Origin: Carpediemonas membranifera BICM
Taxonomy: Eukaryota; Protista; Fornicata
DNA length: 64,000 nucleotides
Assembly (NCBI GenBank): GCA_019828565.1
Contig: JAHDYR010000002.1
Span: 186,001-250,000, forward strand
Direction: 5' to 3'
Shown: positions 58,670 through 64,000 of the stretch, one piece after another
Position numbering within the stretch: the stretch's first letter is position 1
Layout of the letters: the number at the start of each line of letters is the position of its first letter
Position numbers and translations under genes: made by a program
Notes under the pieces: model-generated
What the model was told of the DNA's origin: nothing
Database searches by the model: none
What the model saw: the letters and a program-made list of their open reading frames with translations, nothing else

Positions 58670-59455
58670 ATGTCAAAAGCGTGCAAACAGTGCGATCCTG
58701 TAAGCAACGAGGAGAGGCCGTTTGAACCACCTGTAATGCCATTCCGAAGTGGCCTCGCAGCCGGCAGAATATGCCCTCGCTGCATTCTATACGACATTCG
58801 AGCAATACGAAAGTATGATCCCGCATGCAGGAGTATCTGGGAAGTTATCTTCTGCTACCCCGGGTTCCACGCAGTCTGCGCTCATCGTGTGATCCATAAG
58901 TTCTACAACATGAGGCTTTTCCTAATTGCCCGTCTTCTTTCGCAAATTGTCCGCTTTCTCACGGGAGTAGAGATCCATCCTGGCGCCACACTGGGCAACG
59001 GGGTGTTCATTGACCACGCCCACGGCGTTGTTATCGGAGAAACGGCGATCATCGGAGACCACTGCATCATTTACCAGGGTGTGACACTCGGAGGAACGGG
59101 CAAGGCAGCGGGAAAACGACACCCCACTCTCGAGCCGCACGTAACAATCGGCGCGGGTGCCAAGATCTTGGGTAACATCACCATCGGCTCATACAGCCGC
59201 GTAGGAGCAGGCTCGGTCGTCGTCCACGACGTACCAGAACACGCTACAGTCGTCGGCATCCCCGGCAAGGTAGTCCGACTTAGGAAGGTACCAAGCGCTC
59301 AGTGCCTCGACCACGGCGACCTGGAGCCCGAGACTGTGCCAGACCGAGTCGCCCGACTTGATGAACTTGACGATGAAGCCTTGGCGCAGTATATGCCGGC
59401 ACTGAGGAATAGACTTCATAGGAACATGGCGGAGGGGTTTCCGTTGAGTGACTAG
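58670..59455 (+). CDS. cysE: Serine O-acetyltransferase
   Basis: DPA....E...YPG.HA...HR..H, TGVEIHPGA..G.GVFIDH..GVVIGETA, GVTLGGTGK..GKRHP, VGIPGK. Confidence 0.96.
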   Translation: MSKACKQCDPVSNEERPFEPPVMPFRSGLAAGRICPRCILYDIRAIRKYDPACRSIWEVIFCYPGFHAVCAHRVIHKFYNMRLFLIARLLSQIVRFLTGVEIHPGATLGNGVFIDHAHGVVIGETAIIGDHCIIYQGVTLGGTGKAAGKRHPTLEPHVTIGAGAKILGNITIGSYSRVGAGSVVVHDVPEHATVVGIPGKVVRLRKVPSAQCLDHGDLEPETVPDRVARLDELDDEALAQYMPALRNRLHRNMAEGFPLSD

Positions 59456-59582
59456 AGCTTACATGGTTGACATGTGTGGGATGAATCATTAGGATTAGCA
59501 TCGTAAAGGGGCAATTCAAGCGGTGGTGTGAGACGTAGGTTTGGCTTTGCTCTTATTAGAGGCTGGCTTGAACACTGGCCTG

Positions 59583-60068
59583 GTACACCCAGGAGCAAGA
59601 GCGGCATCAGTGTATAGATCAGGGAGATGCAATATTCACGACACGGCGGCGTCCATTCTAGGCCCTGGCGGCTCGGTAGGTACTGTCTTTGCCCCCTACA
59701 AGCGCGACCGCGAGATCGAACAGGCTTCGCGACTGGCGAGTCGCAGTCAGTCAACAAATCTTAGCCTGCGATTTGATGACTTCAGAGATTGCTCGGGGTG
59801 ATTTATCGGAGATGGTGGAAGGCAGCCGCGCCACAGGGGACCCCAGGTCTCCCCCGGACCCGGGTATGTGCAGCGACCCAACCCTCGCAAAGAAAGAAGC
59901 GCTGAGACTCCCCGACGGCAGGGGATTCTGATGACTTGATCCTCTGGGATAAATCTGCGCGCGAATTCTTCGTCAGTCAAATCCTCGACTGTTCCATCCC
60001 ACCCAGCACCCTGGGTGTGGGCGCGGCACGGACCCTGGTGTCAAGCGGGATGTACACCCAGGAGCAAG
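59583..60068 (+). repeat. 17-bp direct repeat GTACACCCAGGAGCAAG (59583-59599, 60052-60068) with ~25 bp of weaker downstream similarity
   Basis: Seen directly. Confidence 0.8.
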
Positions 60069-60606
60069 GGAGGCATTAGATATATCAGCGAGGGCTAGCC
60101 CTGCTACTCAACCTGCGTGGGGCAAAACTGCGGTGGGTTAAGAGATCTGGGAGATGCGAAACAGACGACGGCTGCCATACTCAGTCCTAGCGGCGCGGAA
60201 GGCTATGCCGTTGCCCTGTCCGTTTCCAGTTCCATTCGAGGCTTCTGCTGTGAGTCGGGACTTCAAGTTATTTCGCAGGGTTGACCGGTGGCTTGAGGTG
60301 CATGTCGGATGGAGTGGCATTGATGATGGCGTGCGAGGCACCTCCGCCGGCCTCACTATGGGAAGAGATCGTTCGAGTCGACGTCGACGCGTGGACCCCG
60401 GGCGCCGAGTGATAAAGACTGTTGTGAACATCTTGAGACACCCGCTGGGCAGAGTGAAGCGAGCCCTCCATCGGCTGCTTGGGGAGACAGCTCCGGCTGG
60501 TATCGCAGCTGTGAGCGTGTATCGCGGCGCCACGTCGGCTTCACGGCTGGCGGTCGGCGAGTCGGCAGTCAGAATTTGACATCCGCTGAACTGAGCGCCG
60601 GGAGCG

Positions 60607-62145
60607 ATGAGCAGCGCTGATTCCACGCATGTTGCTGCTAGAGAGGCGCTTATCTCCGCATTCCGTCTTTCAGTCGCCATCACCGCCTCGATCCCCGGGG
60701 ACATCCCCACATTGCTCAAAGAGGCCTTCTCCAGGCACTTCAACGAGCAGATGCCGGCCATCCACGACGCAGAGACCACAACTACACCGACCAGCGCCGA
60801 ATCGCTCTATTCCCTCACCGCCATGCTCTCCGAGACCCCCCTCTCGAGCCAGCCGCGCAAGTCCTCCTCGATCGCGCCCGCTCGATCCTCACCAACGGCC
60901 CCCGCTGTCCATGAACGTTGAGCTCGCGGCGGGGCAGGAGCTCCCGGCCGCCCTGCACACGCTCAACCAGGGCGCTTACCTTACCAAGATGTATGACAAG
61001 ATCTACAAGGCTCTCACGCCCGAGGCCAAGTGCCTCTGGTTCCTCTGCCGCAAGTTCTTCTTCACCTGGAACGTCGCCGAGAAGGACGGCGAGAGCTGTC
61101 AGTGGAATGCATTCGGGAGATGCTACCACCACCGCATGTACATGGGCCGACTCTTCATGCTCTGCATTGATGATTACGACACCTCTTTCACTAGGGCCAG
61201 AATGCCCAGGGCCCTCGAAGTCTATATCGAATGGTCAACCTACATCGACAGAACGCCCAAGGGCCTGTGGGGCTGGGGGCATAACGATGTGGCTCACCTG
61301 GGGTTCAAGACATCTGGCTTCGTCGACCCGACCCGCCTCACCTTCCCAGCTGCCCGAAGGTCGCCGAGCTCGAGGCCAGCCAGCCCCCCTGGGAGAAGCA
61401 CATGATGGTGACTGATGTGTCGATGAAGGGATATCGGACGTTCATCCTCACCCCAGTCGGCACTGTCATGGCCGGCTTCAATGCTCAGAGATATGTCGGC
61501 CCAGTCGACCGGGCGATCAGGAATCACTTCCACCCAGTCGCTGTGCCACCTGGCTTTGTCCCAGATCACATCATGCAGGGTAGCAGAGTTGCCATCCTCT
61601 CCATGGGCGATCGGCAGATGATCAGCGGGAGCAACTGGGATGGCCGCCTGGGACTCGGGCACGAGAATTGGGTGACCGGCTTCGTCGACCTGCCCTTCAG
61701 GGTTGACCGGGTCATGTCCGAATGGTTCTTCAACATATTCCTCAGCGGCCGCCAGCCGCTCTTCGCTGGGATGGTTCTCAAGCATATTGTCCAGTCGGGC
61801 CTGCTTCCTGGATACAATAAGGACGACATCTGCCTCACACCCACCCCGCTCCGGTTCCCTGAGAGGGTCAAGGGGTTCTTCGCATCAAACTTCGACCTGA
61901 TCTGGGTCACCGAGGGCAAGAGCCATTATTGTAAGCATCATGAAGAACCCATCATTCTCCCCTTCGAAGCGACAAGTTTCTGTAAGGGCTCCTTCTGCAA
62001 CCTGGCCGGCCAGTGGTTCGAGGCGTCACATGGCTCGGGCGAAGTGGCTGAGATGAAGGAGTGCGAGGCGCCGGCTCGTTCATATTTGCATACAATCGTC
62101 ACTGTCGACGTCGACGCGTGGATCCCGGGCGAGACGGGCATCTGA
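60607..62145 (+). pseudogene. RCC1/BLIP-II-like repeat protein, frameshifted across three ORFs
   Basis: LWGWGHN...HLGF...FVDPTRL and SGSNWDGRLGLG...FVDLP resemble RCC1 repeats; ORFs 60607-60921, 60629-61405, 61402-62145 abut in different frames. Confidence 0.55.
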
Positions 62146-63279
62146 AAAAAATCGTCGCCTTGATCACAGATCGCTATCCTGCCGTTTATTAATACGACCA
62201 ACCATGCCCTGTCTCAGCTGGACAGGGCGTTCAGATCCTTCACAAAGCCGGCTACATCGTGCATCTCGCCAAGAATATCCCCTGATTTGATTGTCTCAAG
62301 AATTTTGGGCCAGACCTCCGTCATCCCCGCAGATTGGATCAGATGGGTCTGCCGATGCAGCGGCAGGTCGGGCAGTATCGACTCGAGCTCACGCACGCCG
62401 CTCAGCGCAAACACATGAGCTTGAAGCTTGTCCTAGCGAACGCATGAGCAAGTGAGTTGCACAAACCATTGGCATGAGCGAGGGCTAGCTCTGCCGCTCC
62501 ACCGTGTTCTGCGTCGGCCAAAACATTTGGCGGCCCAATCACAGGATCGCGTGCGGATCGGGTGGAGTCAAGCGGAGTCGTCAGCATTTAGCGAGCCCCG
62601 GTCGAGGTTGTTCTTGAGGAGGAGTTGAGGCTGTCCCGGCACCCGAGATAAACGCTGACCCGCGGTGATTGACATTTCGCAGTTTATACGAGCGTCGAAC
62701 GAAATGGGCAAGGAATCGCTCTTTCTGCCAATCACAAGAACAGACAACATATTGAAGTCTGATCCGGACTTTCCGCCTGCGTCGAGGGACACGATTGCCC
62801 TGATCACGCGCGCAACGGTTTGTTTTCGCCGAATAACCACATCTAACGCAGGAACTCTTTGTCCAGGAACTTTCGAAGTCTGCAGGGAAGAACACGAAGG
62901 CTCGCGGCGCCAAGACCCTTTCTTATGATGATGTCGCCAATGTAGTTGCAAACGACTCCCGGTTTGCCTTCCTCAACGACGAGATCCCGCGGACACAGCC
63001 CTACAAGGGCCCCGCTGGCGCTCCTGAGCACACCAGCTCGGATAAGAAGTGAACATACAACTCTTGTGCTTTTTAAACGCAGGCTCCAGTGTGACATTTC
63101 GTCATTCCCTCGAATCGTTGTGGGAAAAGAAGCAAGTATCAAGCAGTTACAGCACATCCATACAACATGCAAGAGCATGACATGGGGCTAAATGGCCGTC
63201 AAAACTTCGCGGCAGCACACGCAGCTTAAGGTATGCGCGGTTCGAGTTTCGTCCTTCCAACGCCTCTTAATCACTCACA

Positions 63280-63922
63280 ATGGGCATAAGCACCTCAAAG
63301 GTCTCCAAAAACACGTTGCGGGAGCTAGTGAAGAAGACTAACTTCGAAATGGATGAGGTGAAGGCTCTTCAGGAACATTTCTCTGCGATTAGCAGCTCAG
63401 AGGTTGACGACGGGCTTATCGACCAGTCGGAGATGAAGCGTGCACTTGGACTTCGCGGAGACCTCTTTGCGGAACGGTTATTCGGCCTCTTTGACGAGAA
63501 CCATGATGGAGTGATCAATTTTTCCGAATTTGTTCAGGGTCTCTCGATCTTTGCACCCCAGGCCTCCATAGACCAGAAGTTGAAGCTCAGTACGTCACTC
63601 ATGCGCTACATGAAATACCGTGGCGCATTTTTCGACCCACTTTTACCCAGGTTTCCGAATCTACGACTTTGACGGTGATGGGTACATCGACCGCCGCGAG
63701 CTCTACGATTGCCTAAAAGCCTCTCTCCAAGAGAACTCAATGGGGCTTAATGATGACCAAATCCGCTCGCTTGTTGACAAGACTTTCGAGGAGGCTGATA
63801 TGAATGGGGATGGTCTCATCGACTACAATGAGTATAAGGCGCTAGTACTCAAACACCCCGTGATGATCAAGCACATGACTCTGTCAAACCCGGTTGAATC
63901 GGTGAGGAAGATCCGGAGGTAG
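63280..63922 (+). CDS. Calcineurin-B-like EF-hand Ca2+ sensor; intron 63590-63650
   Basis: MG..xS myristoylation-type start; EF loops DENHDGVINFSE, DFDGDGYIDRRE, DMNGDGLIDYNE; 61-nt intron restores KLKLS-FRIYD. Confidence 0.93.
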
Positions 63923-64000
63923 ATCTTTCACATATTAGACGATGCGCAGGTGAATGGTAAATAGTTTTCTCCATTTTCTCCATTAGGAGGGTAAGGATGG

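Noticed and set aside
62214-63190. Minus-strand gene built from ORFs 62214-62414 and 62568-62951
   Set aside because: No recognisable domain and no confident splice model

Overview
Eukaryotic, gene-dense DNA with very short GT-AG introns (28-61 nt). An anaerobic fornicate/metamonad such as Carpediemonas is my best guess, but that is inference only. The window has three zones. (1) 1-9.9 kb: a cluster of orphan-like, partly intron-containing genes with chromatin and protease domains (OTU-like, SET, CHAT/caspase-like, PHD) around a hairpin-rich divergent intergenic region. (2) 9.9-35.1 kb: nested retroelements. A degenerate RT+REL non-LTR element is interrupted by chromoviral Ty3/gypsy element A (110-bp LTRs, TSD AGAG). 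A is interrupted in its RT by Ty3/gypsy element B (122-bp LTRs, TSD ACTC). B has inserted into itself (TSD CTAG) and one unit is tandemly duplicated. Both LTR families lack a tRNA primer-binding site and instead carry a different perfect 12-bp palindrome at the 5' LTR boundary. B also encodes an antisense protein with a second, chromodomain-like module. (3) 35.2-64 kb: housekeeping genes (TTLL, PQ-loop, BiP, GARP-Myb, nucleotide-sugar transporter, PDE, Mus81, cyclin, Cia1, CDK, condensin HEAT subunit, CysE, calcineurin-B-like), plus a very divergent Orc5-like gene whose Walker-A region is joined to its start exon across a 28-nt intron. All protein family calls are by motif recognition from memory; no searches were run.
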